Position numbers and translations under genes: made by a program
Shown: one piece after another, positions 8,955 to 18,661 of the stretch
Layout of the letters: every line of letters begins with the position of its first letter
How positions within the stretch are numbered: the first letter of the stretch is position 1
Notes under the pieces: generated by a model
What the model was told of the DNA's origin: nothing
Databases searched by the model: none
Seen by the model: only the letters and a program-made list of their open reading frames with translations
Source of the DNA: a virus
IMG/VR virus record: IMGVR_UViG_3300025280_000001
Location: 4,524 to 68,523 of that record
Direction: 5' to 3' (one strand)
DNA: 64,000 bases

Positions 8955-10853
8955 ATGGATCAATTTCAGGAGTTTGTTGTAACAAGAAGTTACTGTAAAT
9001 GGATAGAAAATTTAGGGAGGAGAGAAAGCTGGAATGAATGCGTAGATCGGTATTACGATTACTTTGGAGATCGCTTTCCAGAAATATTGGGAGAGGATTG
9101 GGACGAAATAAGAAGATCGACTATAGACAGAGAAGTCTTCCCCTCTATGAGAGCACTCATGACCGCAGGAGTTGCGGCAGAGGTAGACGATACGTGCCTA
9201 TACAACTGTTCTTACCTACCAATAAATACCGTTAGATCCTTTTCAGATGTATTATATATACTCTGTTGCGGGACAGGTGTAGGGTTTTCCTGTGAATTTA
9301 ATGAGATATCACAGCTTCCAGATATACCTGACATAGAAAGAGATGATAAACTAGAAATAATTGTTAAAGATTCCAGACGGGGCTGGGCAGAGGCGTTCAA
9401 TGACCTATTGTCAGCCCTATATTCTGGTCTGCATCCCACTTGGGATACATCAGCAGTACGCCCCAAGGGTTCTAGACTAAAAACCTTTGGTGGTAGAGCA
9501 TCTGGTCCTGAGCCACTGGAAAGATTGTTTAAGTTCGTAGTTAAATTATTCTACGAAGCTAATGGTCGTAAGCTACATCCCATAGAGGTACATGATATTA
9601 TATGCATGGTGGGAGAGATAGTCATATCTGGTGGAGTTAGGCGTAGTGCCTTGATATCTTTATCAGACCTTGATGATCGTGCCATGAGGATGGCTAAGTC
9701 TGGTGCTTGGTGGGAAACATCAGGTCACAGAGCCTTAAGTAATAACTCTGCTGTATATATCAGCAAGCCTAACATGGGTAGATTTCTTGAAGAGTGGTCA
9801 TCTTTATATGATTCACGATCTGGTGAGCGTGGTATCTGCAATAGAGAAGCTATGAATAATATAGCTTTATCTTCAGGTAGAGAGCCTGCTTCTTGGGGAA
9901 CCAATCCCTGTAGTGAAATAATACTAAGACCAAAACAATTTTGTAACCTGAGTGAGGTAGTAATAAGACCTTATGATAACCTTGCTACACTTCGAAGGAA
10001 GGTTAAACAGGCTACTATTTTAGGAACAATACAATCAGCGTGTACCAGATTCACGTACTTAGATCCAGAGTGGAAAGCTAACTGTGATAAAGAGAGACTG
10101 CTGGGCGTATCATTCACTGGTATATATGATAACAAACTAATGTCTACTCCAAGTAAAGAGTTAGAAGATATACTAGTAGAGTTAAGAGATGTTGCTGTTG
10201 AAACTAATAAAGAATGGGCAGAAAAGCTAGGCATTGATCCTTCAAAGTCTATTACATGCTGTAAACCATCTGGTACTACGTCATGTGTAGCTGGAACTTC
10301 ATCTGGGATTCATCCTAGGTATTCAAAATATTATATAAGAAGAGTTAGGATTGATAAAGACAATCCACTATGCTTATTCATGCAGGATATGGGTATACCA
10401 AATGAACCGTGTGTTCAGAAGCCTGATACTACTACGATATTTTCCTTCCCGATAAGTTCACCAGATAGTATACTAACATACGAAACATATGATCCCATGG
10501 ATCACTTAGAGCTATGGCTTATGTATCAAAAGCATTGGTGCCATCACAAGCCCAGTGTTACTATAAACTATGATGATACTAACTTCATGTCTATTGGACA
10601 GTGGGTTCATAATAATTGGGATTGGGTATCTGGGATTTCCTTTCTGCCACATACTGATCATATCTATGAACAAGCTCCGTTTGAGGCTATAGATGATGAG
10701 TTATACAGAGAGTTAATTGATGCCATGCCTAGAAATATTGATTGGCAAGACCTTAGTTTATATGAGTTAGAGGATACTACTACTAGCTCACACTTATTAG
10801 CGTGTACAGGTGGAGCATGTGAAGTTGTAGATATTACAGGAGAACAAGAATGA
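8955..10853 (+). CDS. nrdJ: class II (B12-dependent) ribonucleoside-triphosphate reductase
   Basis: PSMRAL, GTGVGFS, GGVRRSA, TNPCSEI, KPSGT, C-terminal CTGGAC; no beta subunit gene adjacent. Confidence 0.92.
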   Translation: MDQFQEFVVTRSYCKWIENLGRRESWNECVDRYYDYFGDRFPEILGEDWDEIRRSTIDREVFPSMRALMTAGVAAEVDDTCLYNCSYLPINTVRSFSDVLYILCCGTGVGFSCEFNEISQLPDIPDIERDDKLEIIVKDSRRGWAEAFNDLLSALYSGLHPTWDTSAVRPKGSRLKTFGGRASGPEPLERLFKFVVKLFYEANGRKLHPIEVHDIICMVGEIVISGGVRRSALISLSDLDDRAMRMAKSGAWWETSGHRALSNNSAVYISKPNMGRFLEEWSSLYDSRSGERGICNREAMNNIALSSGREPASWGTNPCSEIILRPKQFCNLSEVVIRPYDNLATLRRKVKQATILGTIQSACTRFTYLDPEWKANCDKERLLGVSFTGIYDNKLMSTPSKELEDILVELRDVAVETNKEWAEKLGIDPSKSITCCKPSGTTSCVAGTSSGIHPRYSKYYIRRVRIDKDNPLCLFMQDMGIPNEPCVQKPDTTTIFSFPISSPDSILTYETYDPMDHLELWLMYQKHWCHHKPSVTINYDDTNFMSIGQWVHNNWDWVSGISFLPHTDHIYEQAPFEAIDDELYRELIDAMPRNIDWQDLSLYELEDTTTSSHLLACTGGACEVVDITGEQE

Positions 10854-11044
10854 AGCAAGAATATTTAGAAGCAATTAAACTTAGGGCTAAAATCGGAGGC
10901 ATGCTAACACCAGCAGATCAGATTTTACTCATTAAGGATTTAATTCACAGAGTAGATACTATAGAGGAAAAGTTAAATGAAAAGACTACCACTGCTAGAT
11001 CCGGAAATAGTAAAGTATCTAAAAGAAAAACTACCACCAGTTGA
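10850..11044 (+). CDS. hypothetical protein
   Basis: ORF coupled to the RNR stop. Confidence 0.55.
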   Translation: MKQEYLEAIKLRAKIGGMLTPADQILLIKDLIHRVDTIEEKLNEKTTTARSGNSKVSKRKTTTS

Positions 11045-11162
11045 ATATAATATAAATCTAGAAAAAGATGAGTTTTTTAATCAGGCTGTGTATAGGGCAG
11101 GTCAAAGAGATGTCCTAGCTATGCTTGAAGTAATTTTGAAAGATCAGGAAAGGGGAAATTAA
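10977..11162 (+). CDS. small conserved podophage protein upstream of the head module
   Basis: LKEKLPP...YRAGQRDVL pattern typical of this position in T7-like phages. Confidence 0.6.
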   Translation: MKRLPLLDPEIVKYLKEKLPPVEYNINLEKDEFFNQAVYRAGQRDVLAMLEVILKDQERGN

Positions 11163-11163
11163 C

Positions 11164-12147
11164 ATGGCTGTACCAGATGAGAACACATCATCGATAGATA
11201 ATAGCTTGCAACGAAGGATCCAAGAAGGTCACTGGCGAGGCAAAGAAGGAAATTGGTCTGATCAGTCAGGTAGTGAGTGGTTCTCACCACCAAAATGGCT
11301 TGGTGTAGATCCCGTTATGACAAGACCTTTTTACTTAAATCCAGACATCATGCCACCATCAACCCCGGACCCACCATTCTGGGAAAACTTATCAGAATGG
11401 GACGTAAGACGAGAGGGTCGTAAATTACCTAGAACAGGTGTAACTTTAGCATCAGATGTTGAGCATGGTACAGAAAGATCTGGCGGTGGTGCGAGACCTG
11501 GTAAATCTGTTGGTTCTATGGGTAGGTATGGTGATACAAGGGTTGCACACCTTACACCAGGTGAGGTTGTTCTTCCTCAAGTAGCAGCACAGAAACTAAG
11601 ATCACAGATTGAAGCAATTATTGGTAAGGGTGGTATAGAAAGACATACGGTTGGCTCTCCTCAAGCTTCTGTTAATCCTGAGACTGGATTAGAAGAACAC
11701 TTCAGTATTGGAGGGTTCCATCCTTTCAGAAGCAGTTCGTATACTGGAAGTTCTAAAAGAAGGCAGGCAGCATCCAATCAAAAGCAGTGGTATGAGAAAC
11801 AGTCCAAGAAACTGGCAGCCCAATATCGTAAGCAAGTAGACAAACTACAAAAAATAATGAACAGAGCTATGCGTCAACAAGATCGAGATAGAAGAGTTGC
11901 TGCTAAAGAAGAAGATGCAAAACTAGTTAGGGCTAAGATTGAAAACATACACGCTCAACGAAAAATTTCAAAAACATTTATGGAAAAAGAAAAGGGTATT
12001 GGTATAGCAACTGGAGAAGATATAGCTACTGCGCCTCTTGAAATGGCTGGACCTAGAGTTACTAGCGCTAGCCCAAGACGTAAGGTATCTTACACAGGCT
12101 CTGCTGTCCCCACTTTACAAGTTGGCGGAAGCTTTAGACCAGCATAA
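11164..12147 (+). CDS. putative virion protein
   Basis: GRYGDTRVAHLTPGEVVLP...NPETGLEEH motif plus coiled-coil; upstream of portal. Confidence 0.55.
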   Translation: MAVPDENTSSIDNSLQRRIQEGHWRGKEGNWSDQSGSEWFSPPKWLGVDPVMTRPFYLNPDIMPPSTPDPPFWENLSEWDVRREGRKLPRTGVTLASDVEHGTERSGGGARPGKSVGSMGRYGDTRVAHLTPGEVVLPQVAAQKLRSQIEAIIGKGGIERHTVGSPQASVNPETGLEEHFSIGGFHPFRSSSYTGSSKRRQAASNQKQWYEKQSKKLAAQYRKQVDKLQKIMNRAMRQQDRDRRVAAKEEDAKLVRAKIENIHAQRKISKTFMEKEKGIGIATGEDIATAPLEMAGPRVTSASPRRKVSYTGSAVPTLQVGGSFRPA

Positions 12148-12158
12148 GGAGGTATAAC

Positions 12159-12494
12159 ATGGGAGGAATATTTGGATCTGATGTAACGGTAGCAGCCCCA
12201 CCCGACAATTCAGATATGTTAAAATGGATGGCTGAGCGTGATGATAGAAACAACGCTTTGTATGCAGAGAGACAAGATCAGATTATGGCAATGGAGAATG
12301 AGAGGCTTGAAATGGAATCCGCAGCTAGGTTATCTGTTCAAAAAGAAGAAGCTGATATACTTAGGAAAGCTCAGTCCCTAGAAACATTAGCACAAGAAGA
12401 AGCTAGATTACAAGCGGTTGATGAATCGGATGCTGATATAGATAATATAATTACTGGTTTCTATGGTAGTATGTTTGGTGATAGACCAGAGTAA
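12159..12494 (+). CDS. putative virion/tail-assembly protein (gp6.7/7.3 position)
   Basis: MGG start, helical, directly before portal. Confidence 0.5.
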   Translation: MGGIFGSDVTVAAPPDNSDMLKWMAERDDRNNALYAERQDQIMAMENERLEMESAARLSVQKEEADILRKAQSLETLAQEEARLQAVDESDADIDNIITGFYGSMFGDRPE

Positions 12495-12497
12495 TAT

Positions 12498-14189
12498 ATG
12501 AAAGAAAAAATTGCAGACAGATACAAGAAACTAGACTCTAAGAGAGCATCTAAACTAGAGCGTAGTAGATATTGTGCTTCATTATCAGTCCCCTCATTAC
12601 TGCCTCCTTATGGTTGGACAGAGGAGACAGCACTACCACAGCCCTTTAGTTCTGTTAGTGCAAAGGGAGTAACTGCTATGGCAAGTCGTATGTTAAGTGC
12701 ACTACTACCACTAAATGATATGCCCTTCTTTAAGTTTGAACAATCAACAGGCATGCAGCCTGATCCAGAAATACGGGCGTATCTAGAATCTTTAAGCTAT
12801 CAGGTATATAATAAACTAGCTTCAAAAAACCTAAGAGATATTCTATATCAAGTTCTACAACATCTTATTGTTGTGGGAGACTGTCTTCTAGTTATGGAAG
12901 ATGACTATACATTCAGAATGATTAGGCTTGATCAATATGTTTGTCGAAGAGATGTAAGAGGTGATGTTCAGGAGTTGATACACCTTGAGTTTGTTGGTGT
13001 AGAGAACACTGAAGATGTAGACTCTGTATTTCCTACCGATACAGGAATGCTTGGGCGTACTGGATATAAAACTCTATATTGTAGAGTAACAGCAGAAGAA
13101 GACGGTACTTGGAAAATGAGAAGAGAAGACTCTGAAGGTAAACTTGTTAGTGAGGGTGTGTATACAGTTAATCCTCACATAGTCCTAAGATGGACTGGTG
13201 TTCCTGGTGAAAACTATGGACGCTCTCATTGCGAAGATTTGATAGGTGATATCAAAACACTTGAAGCATTTACCGAAGGATTAATTGAAGGGATTGCTGC
13301 TGGCTCATGTTTTTGGGTTGGTGTAGATCCTGCTGGTATTACAGAAATACAGGACATATCTGGTGCACAGAATGGTGCAATCATTGGAGCAAGAGCACAA
13401 GATGTATTTACCCTATCTCCCTCAGGTACTATGAGTCCTCAGATAAGTGCAACACAGACTGGTGTTGAGCAGATGCGGCAAGAAATAGGCAAAGCATTTC
13501 TTATGGATTCAGCTAGTATGCCTCAAGGAGAGAGAGTTACAGCTACTGCTGTAAGAATGGTTGGACAAGAGTTAGAAAATGTACTAGGTGGTGCCTTCTC
13601 ATCTATTGCTCGTAATCTAATGAGACCTATTGTTGAACGAACGGTCTTTCTTATGATTTCTGAAGAAGAAATAGATCCTAGAATTGCTGATGAGTTTACT
13701 GAAAAGGGTGAACTAACAGTAGAAATAGTTACTGGGTTGCAAGCATTGTCTAGAGATTCTGATTTACAGAAGCTTATGCAAATGGGTGAGATGGTACGAA
13801 ACTTACCAGAACAAGCTATGGCTATGTTTAAATGGGATTCTTATGGAAGAGCACTTATATCTTCGTTAGGATTTAATGCAGACAACTGGATTAAGTCAGA
13901 AGATGATGCTTACCAACAACAACTACAACAACAACAAGATCAAGCAGCTATCCAAGGACAGGCTTCTCAAGCTCAGATGATGGCTCAAGCTGTAGCACAA
14001 ACAGGACAACAAGCTGCAATGCAAGATATAGAGCAAACTGGTGGAGCTGGCGTTGAACAAATGCTAGCACAACTAGGGATGAGTGGGGAAGATCTAGGTG
14101 CTGGGGCTGGTGGACCAGGTATGGATATGAGTCAGCTACAGGGCTTAGAAGAAGCTTTAATGTCTGGTGAATCAGGAGGAATGGGCTAA
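12498..14189 (+). CDS. portal / head-tail connector (T7 gp8-like)
   Basis: GVTAMASRM, GENYGRS, ERVTATAVR, ELENVLGG; Gln/Gly-rich tail. Confidence 0.96.
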   Translation: MKEKIADRYKKLDSKRASKLERSRYCASLSVPSLLPPYGWTEETALPQPFSSVSAKGVTAMASRMLSALLPLNDMPFFKFEQSTGMQPDPEIRAYLESLSYQVYNKLASKNLRDILYQVLQHLIVVGDCLLVMEDDYTFRMIRLDQYVCRRDVRGDVQELIHLEFVGVENTEDVDSVFPTDTGMLGRTGYKTLYCRVTAEEDGTWKMRREDSEGKLVSEGVYTVNPHIVLRWTGVPGENYGRSHCEDLIGDIKTLEAFTEGLIEGIAAGSCFWVGVDPAGITEIQDISGAQNGAIIGARAQDVFTLSPSGTMSPQISATQTGVEQMRQEIGKAFLMDSASMPQGERVTATAVRMVGQELENVLGGAFSSIARNLMRPIVERTVFLMISEEEIDPRIADEFTEKGELTVEIVTGLQALSRDSDLQKLMQMGEMVRNLPEQAMAMFKWDSYGRALISSLGFNADNWIKSEDDAYQQQLQQQQDQAAIQGQASQAQMMAQAVAQTGQQAAMQDIEQTGGAGVEQMLAQLGMSGEDLGAGAGGPGMDMSQLQGLEEALMSGESGGMG

Positions 14190-15469
14190 TGGCTAATCAG
14201 AGATATACAGGTTCGGCTAGTTTAGCAGCAACTGGCGGTGAAAAAGGTGTAGTTAATATAGGTGCAACAGAGTATACTGTAGGCACAAATTCTACGGTTA
14301 TTGTAGTCGGTACTGATAGAACTGATTCATTCTCATCAGTAGAATATGACTTAGGATCCACCCCTATTTCCGGGAAGAGAGTTACTCTGGGAATAGATGT
14401 TGATGCTAATGGTGGTACTGTTACTAATGTTGCGGCTACGACTACTTTTACATTTGATGGTGCTTCTAAGACAGACAATTCTTCTATTGTTTTAATAGAC
14501 GGTCATGGTACATCTAAAACCTATGTAGGTAGGACTCGATTATTTTCAACAGCAACCGTCACTATTACAGACTTTACTGAACTAAACAGTACTGATAAGG
14601 TAAACCTAATTGCTACTGATGGTACCAACTACGATTTTGTTAATGGTGACCAAAGTTCGGTGGCAGGGACATGGGAATCCACAACCTCTAACAATGCTAC
14701 CGCTACTAATTTAATGAATGTCATCAACACCTCATCGGGTCCAGCTGGAACTAGATTTACTGCTACGGTAGATGAGGCAACTGTAACTATAACTCAAGCA
14801 ACAATAGGCAGTGATGGTAATACCACAGTTACTTTAACGGACACTGGAACTGCTGGTATGACAAAGACAAACTTTACTGGTGGACAGAATATAAGATCAG
14901 ATGAATTTACTTTGGTAGATAGTGCTACTACAACAGGTGATAACTTTATTGCTTTAGTAAATGGATCTAATGGTCACAATGGAACAATCACAGCTGCTAA
15001 TTCTAGTGGTGCTATTACATTAACACAAGTAGTAAAGAGTATAAAAGGAAATACATTAATAACATCAGATACTAATTTCGATGCTGCTTGTACTGGAGAT
15101 GTGCCAGACGCTGCCTTTACAGGCGGAGCTGATCTTAATTTTTATGCAGAATTCTCACCCACTGGTAATGCTAATGAATGGACTGTATTTGATGCATACG
15201 GAGGTACAGGTGCTTTAGTCTATACTCATAATAGATTTAATCCTACTGGTATAGAGATTGCTAATGATTTAACCTTAACGAATGGAAGCTTTGGAATCTA
15301 TAGTTTAGACTTAACTTCTATTAATGCTCCGTTTATTAGGTTAGGAATTAATTCACAAGGTAGAACACTACCAGATGACTTAGGATTTACATTTAATATA
15401 TCATATCCCGTTGACTATGACAAGGGTATAGATAAAGAAACATGGTCTGAAAAAGGAGAACGAAACTAA
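14189..15469 (+). CDS. putative virion decoration protein with nested Thr/Gly-rich beta-domain inserts
   Basis: Thr/Gly-rich; flanks resemble the 15469 ORF; two VTITQ..G..GN...FTGG units. Confidence 0.6.
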   Translation: MANQRYTGSASLAATGGEKGVVNIGATEYTVGTNSTVIVVGTDRTDSFSSVEYDLGSTPISGKRVTLGIDVDANGGTVTNVAATTTFTFDGASKTDNSSIVLIDGHGTSKTYVGRTRLFSTATVTITDFTELNSTDKVNLIATDGTNYDFVNGDQSSVAGTWESTTSNNATATNLMNVINTSSGPAGTRFTATVDEATVTITQATIGSDGNTTVTLTDTGTAGMTKTNFTGGQNIRSDEFTLVDSATTTGDNFIALVNGSNGHNGTITAANSSGAITLTQVVKSIKGNTLITSDTNFDAACTGDVPDAAFTGGADLNFYAEFSPTGNANEWTVFDAYGGTGALVYTHNRFNPTGIEIANDLTLTNGSFGIYSLDLTSINAPFIRLGINSQGRTLPDDLGFTFNISYPVDYDKGIDKETWSEKGERN

Positions 15470-15915
15470 TGGCAGTAAAAGAAACCATAAACAAGGGGTG
15501 GAGCCCAGTCTCAACAGGAGATGGTTTTTATATTACCACCACCCAAGGTGAAAATGATGCACTGAGTGCAGCTACTGTTGCCCCTGTAACCCCAGCTATT
15601 CCAGCTTCTACAAGACTAAGCGGAAGTAAGATAATGGTATTCATTGATGTGAATACAATAAGCGGTTCAGTAGGAACAACTGATATATTCATGGAAATGT
15701 CACCCGATGGTGTTAATTGGACTTCTCATGAAACCACTGGTCAAGACTATATCGAACTATCAACTACATTTAATCATAATGCTACAGGTTGGACTGTTTT
15801 AATTGCAGACCTACAAGAATTTAGATCTCCATATTATAGGATTGGTTTTAATTCTCAAGGAAATACTATGGGAACAGTTATGCGATTCCAAATGGGTTAC
15901 TCCTATGCTAAGTAA
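15469..15915 (+). CDS. putative virion decoration protein (paralog of the 14189 ORF core)
   Basis: SGSKIMVFIDV, EMSPDG..WT, DL...PYYRIGFNSQG shared with the 14189 ORF. Confidence 0.55.
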   Translation: MAVKETINKGWSPVSTGDGFYITTTQGENDALSAATVAPVTPAIPASTRLSGSKIMVFIDVNTISGSVGTTDIFMEMSPDGVNWTSHETTGQDYIELSTTFNHNATGWTVLIADLQEFRSPYYRIGFNSQGNTMGTVMRFQMGYSYAK

Positions 15916-15920
15916 TCACC

Positions 15921-16964
15921 ATGGCTATAGACAATGACCCTATCTTTTCCCTAGATATAATAGGGGCATCGGAGGATGTTACTAGTACTAACTGTGTATT
16001 AAGACAGAATAAAACAAGAATGCTAGGTCGTGGTAGTATGGATAATATGGTATCTATACGTAATGAAACACTGTTTAACAGGGGTTGGAGTGTACCAGAA
16101 TCATGGGATCATGACTGGACAAAAGACCTTGGTCCGGTGTGGACACCTGAAAATCTTACTAATATAGAATCATGGATACTACCAGAGTATTTTCATCCCG
16201 AAGAATCAGATGAAACTAAATGTGTGTGGGCTAATAATAGAATAGGCTTTGATGAAGATGCAGAAACTCTTGGTACTGGTGGTTTTGAACAAAACGATTC
16301 TGGAAAGATGCCTGTGTTTCTTAGAAACACTAGCCATAGAAATTTCAATGGTTTAAAGTTTGATGGTACTAACGATGTTATGCGAGGTTCGTCTGGTGCT
16401 ATGTGGAATGTGGGCACAGCTAATTTCCTATGCTATGTAGCATTCCTACAAACCGATAGCGATGAGAAACAGCCCGTAGTTGCTAAGGATGACAAAGGTT
16501 CTTTTCTTCTTGAAGCTGATTGGTCAAGCTCTAATATTTCTGCAACATTTAATATGGCTGACAATGAACTACTTGTACGCATGAATACAGGTGCTGATGG
16601 TTTCCAAATTATAGGATTTGGTAGAGGAGCAGGAGTACCTACCGTACAGAAACAATGGGCAAGATCATATAATTTCGGCACTGAAACAATTGCTTTGTCT
16701 ACTGATACAACAGACTTAGATGACGCACAAAAACCAGGGCTTGGTGATGCAGTCGGTGCTTCATTTAGTGATGAGTTTGATGGTGTTATATATGAAGTGA
16801 TTTTTGTAAATGATGATTTGGGTGTAGGAACTAATATTAGTGATGGTACTAAAGATAAGATAGAGGGTTATTTAGCGTGGAAATACAATGTACAGGGTAA
16901 TCTTTACTCTGGACATCCATATGAGAACGAACCACCACGAATGGATGACTTAAGAAGAGCATAA
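15921..16964 (+). CDS. LamG/concanavalin-A-like lectin-domain virion protein
   Basis: LKFDGTND, FDGVIYEVIF, KIEGYLAWKY. Confidence 0.7.
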   Translation: MAIDNDPIFSLDIIGASEDVTSTNCVLRQNKTRMLGRGSMDNMVSIRNETLFNRGWSVPESWDHDWTKDLGPVWTPENLTNIESWILPEYFHPEESDETKCVWANNRIGFDEDAETLGTGGFEQNDSGKMPVFLRNTSHRNFNGLKFDGTNDVMRGSSGAMWNVGTANFLCYVAFLQTDSDEKQPVVAKDDKGSFLLEADWSSSNISATFNMADNELLVRMNTGADGFQIIGFGRGAGVPTVQKQWARSYNFGTETIALSTDTTDLDDAQKPGLGDAVGASFSDEFDGVIYEVIFVNDDLGVGTNISDGTKDKIEGYLAWKYNVQGNLYSGHPYENEPPRMDDLRRA

Positions 16965-16995
16965 ATGTTTGTATTAATTTTAAAGGAGAATTCAA

Positions 16996-17166
16996 ATGGC
17001 TAAGAATAATTTAACTGAAGCAGAAAAGAAAAAGCGAGCTGCTGCACGGAGAGCTGCTGCACGATCTAGTGCAAAGTCTGGTGCAAGTGGTAGTGGCACG
17101 AAGTCTAGATCAAAAAAACGAGCAGCATACAGATCAGCAAAAGCTAAGACTAGCGGCGGTCGTTAA
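16996..17166 (+). CDS. small K/R/A/S-rich basic protein (56 aa, not in ORF track)
   Basis: AAGGAG RBS; MAKNNLTEAEKKKRAAARRAAARSSAKSGASGSGTKSRSKKRAAYRSAKAKTSGGR. Confidence 0.8.
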   Translation: MAKNNLTEAEKKKRAAARRAAARSSAKSGASGSGTKSRSKKRAAYRSAKAKTSGGR

Positions 17167-17168
17167 AC

Positions 17169-17405
17169 ATGCCACCAGAAGATCCATGGGAGACTCATGA
17201 CGGCAAGACTAATGGTTGGGATGAATACAAAAGATTAGTCATTAATGAGCTAGAAAGAACTAACCATAGATTAGATGTAATGGATAAAAGATTATCAAAG
17301 ATAGAGAAACATATTGTAGTATTACAAACTAAGGCAGCTATGTGGGCTGCCTGTATTGCAATAATGATTTCAGGGGGCTTCGGTCTCCTAACTAAAATCC
17401 TTTGA
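17169..17405 (+). CDS. coiled-coil plus C-terminal TM protein (XhlA/holin-like)
   Basis: RLDVMDKRLSKIEK followed by a hydrophobic C-terminal helix. Confidence 0.55.
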   Translation: MPPEDPWETHDGKTNGWDEYKRLVINELERTNHRLDVMDKRLSKIEKHIVVLQTKAAMWAACIAIMISGGFGLLTKIL

Positions 17406-17441
17406 CTCTGGGGAACAGAATTATCGTAAGGAGATAAAGAC

Positions 17442-18482
17442 ATGGCACAATTAGGCGACCCTTCGCAGATACCTCAAGCAGAATTGCTTGGAGCAGAACA
17501 ATCATTAACACCTGGAGCTGTAGAATACAGCCCAGAAAACTCAACAACACCTGGAGCTGTACCTACAGCTGATGCTACAGCTGAGCAGCTAGCAGCATTA
17601 TCTCAAGATCCTACAGCAGTACCTGACGATTTCAATCGTCTGAAAGAACGGGCTGCATTTGAATCTTATGTACAGAATCAAGGGGAAACTATACCGCCTA
17701 ACTTTAAAGATGCTGGTGCATGGTTTGATTCCTTGAAAGAGGCACAGAAAAACTATACCCAAGGACAACAGGATATAGCAGACCTAAAGCGTACATATGC
17801 TGAGAACGATACAGTTAATCCTAACTATCAGGCTCCAGTAGAGACACCGCCTGAAGCCCCTCAGCCAGTAACTGATGGAGTTAATCCAGAACTTAGGATA
17901 CCTAGCCCATCAGAAACTCAAGAGGTAGAGACGGAATCGCATTCTCAGCCTGCCCTCTCTGAAGAGCAGTGGCAAGCTTGGGGCATGGAGATAGCAGTAA
18001 AGGGAGACCTTACACCAGAAACTAGAGAAGAAATTAAACAAGCAGGTTTTACCGATAGAATGGTAGACGATTTCTTAGGTGCTCAAAAGGCACGAATGAG
18101 AGAAGCATATGGCGATGCCGCTACTGTTGTTGGTGGGAAAGATAAACTAGACAATCTCTTTAAATGGGCTGCTGAAAGCTTATCATACGAAGAACAAGTC
18201 CAGATTAATGTTGGACTATCAAGCCCCGCTTATGAAGTAACTCTAAGAGGCTTGAATGATATGTACAATACAAGATCAAATAAAACAGCCAAGGCTAATG
18301 AGCCTGCCAGTTTACAAAACAGACAACCAGTAGCTGATACTCAGGCTGGTTATGTAGCATATTCAACTAAACGAGAGTTTTATGCTGACAGAAACAACCC
18401 TCGTTTTAAAACAGACAAAGCGTTTCGTGCTGCTGTAGAACAGCGTATGGTGCGAACCGATTATAACAGATTACCAAATTAA
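17442..18482 (+). CDS. capsid scaffolding protein (T7 gp9-like)
   Basis: VGGKDKLDNLFKWAAESLS, NPRFKTDKAFRAAVEQR; precedes MCP. Confidence 0.9.
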   Translation: MAQLGDPSQIPQAELLGAEQSLTPGAVEYSPENSTTPGAVPTADATAEQLAALSQDPTAVPDDFNRLKERAAFESYVQNQGETIPPNFKDAGAWFDSLKEAQKNYTQGQQDIADLKRTYAENDTVNPNYQAPVETPPEAPQPVTDGVNPELRIPSPSETQEVETESHSQPALSEEQWQAWGMEIAVKGDLTPETREEIKQAGFTDRMVDDFLGAQKARMREAYGDAATVVGGKDKLDNLFKWAAESLSYEEQVQINVGLSSPAYEVTLRGLNDMYNTRSNKTAKANEPASLQNRQPVADTQAGYVAYSTKREFYADRNNPRFKTDKAFRAAVEQRMVRTDYNRLPN

Positions 18483-18661
18483 GAGGTGATAGACTCTTAA
18501 TAAACTACCAGACTAGCTGTCTTGTAGTGATCTTCCGTTCAGGAAAGGTTGCTTGATGGCTAAGAGGTCGTAGATGAATACTCCTAGGGGAACAATTGAA
18601 GTCTATGTATATATTTTCTATCATATATTAACACAGTCTTTAATTTCTAAGGAGAAATATT

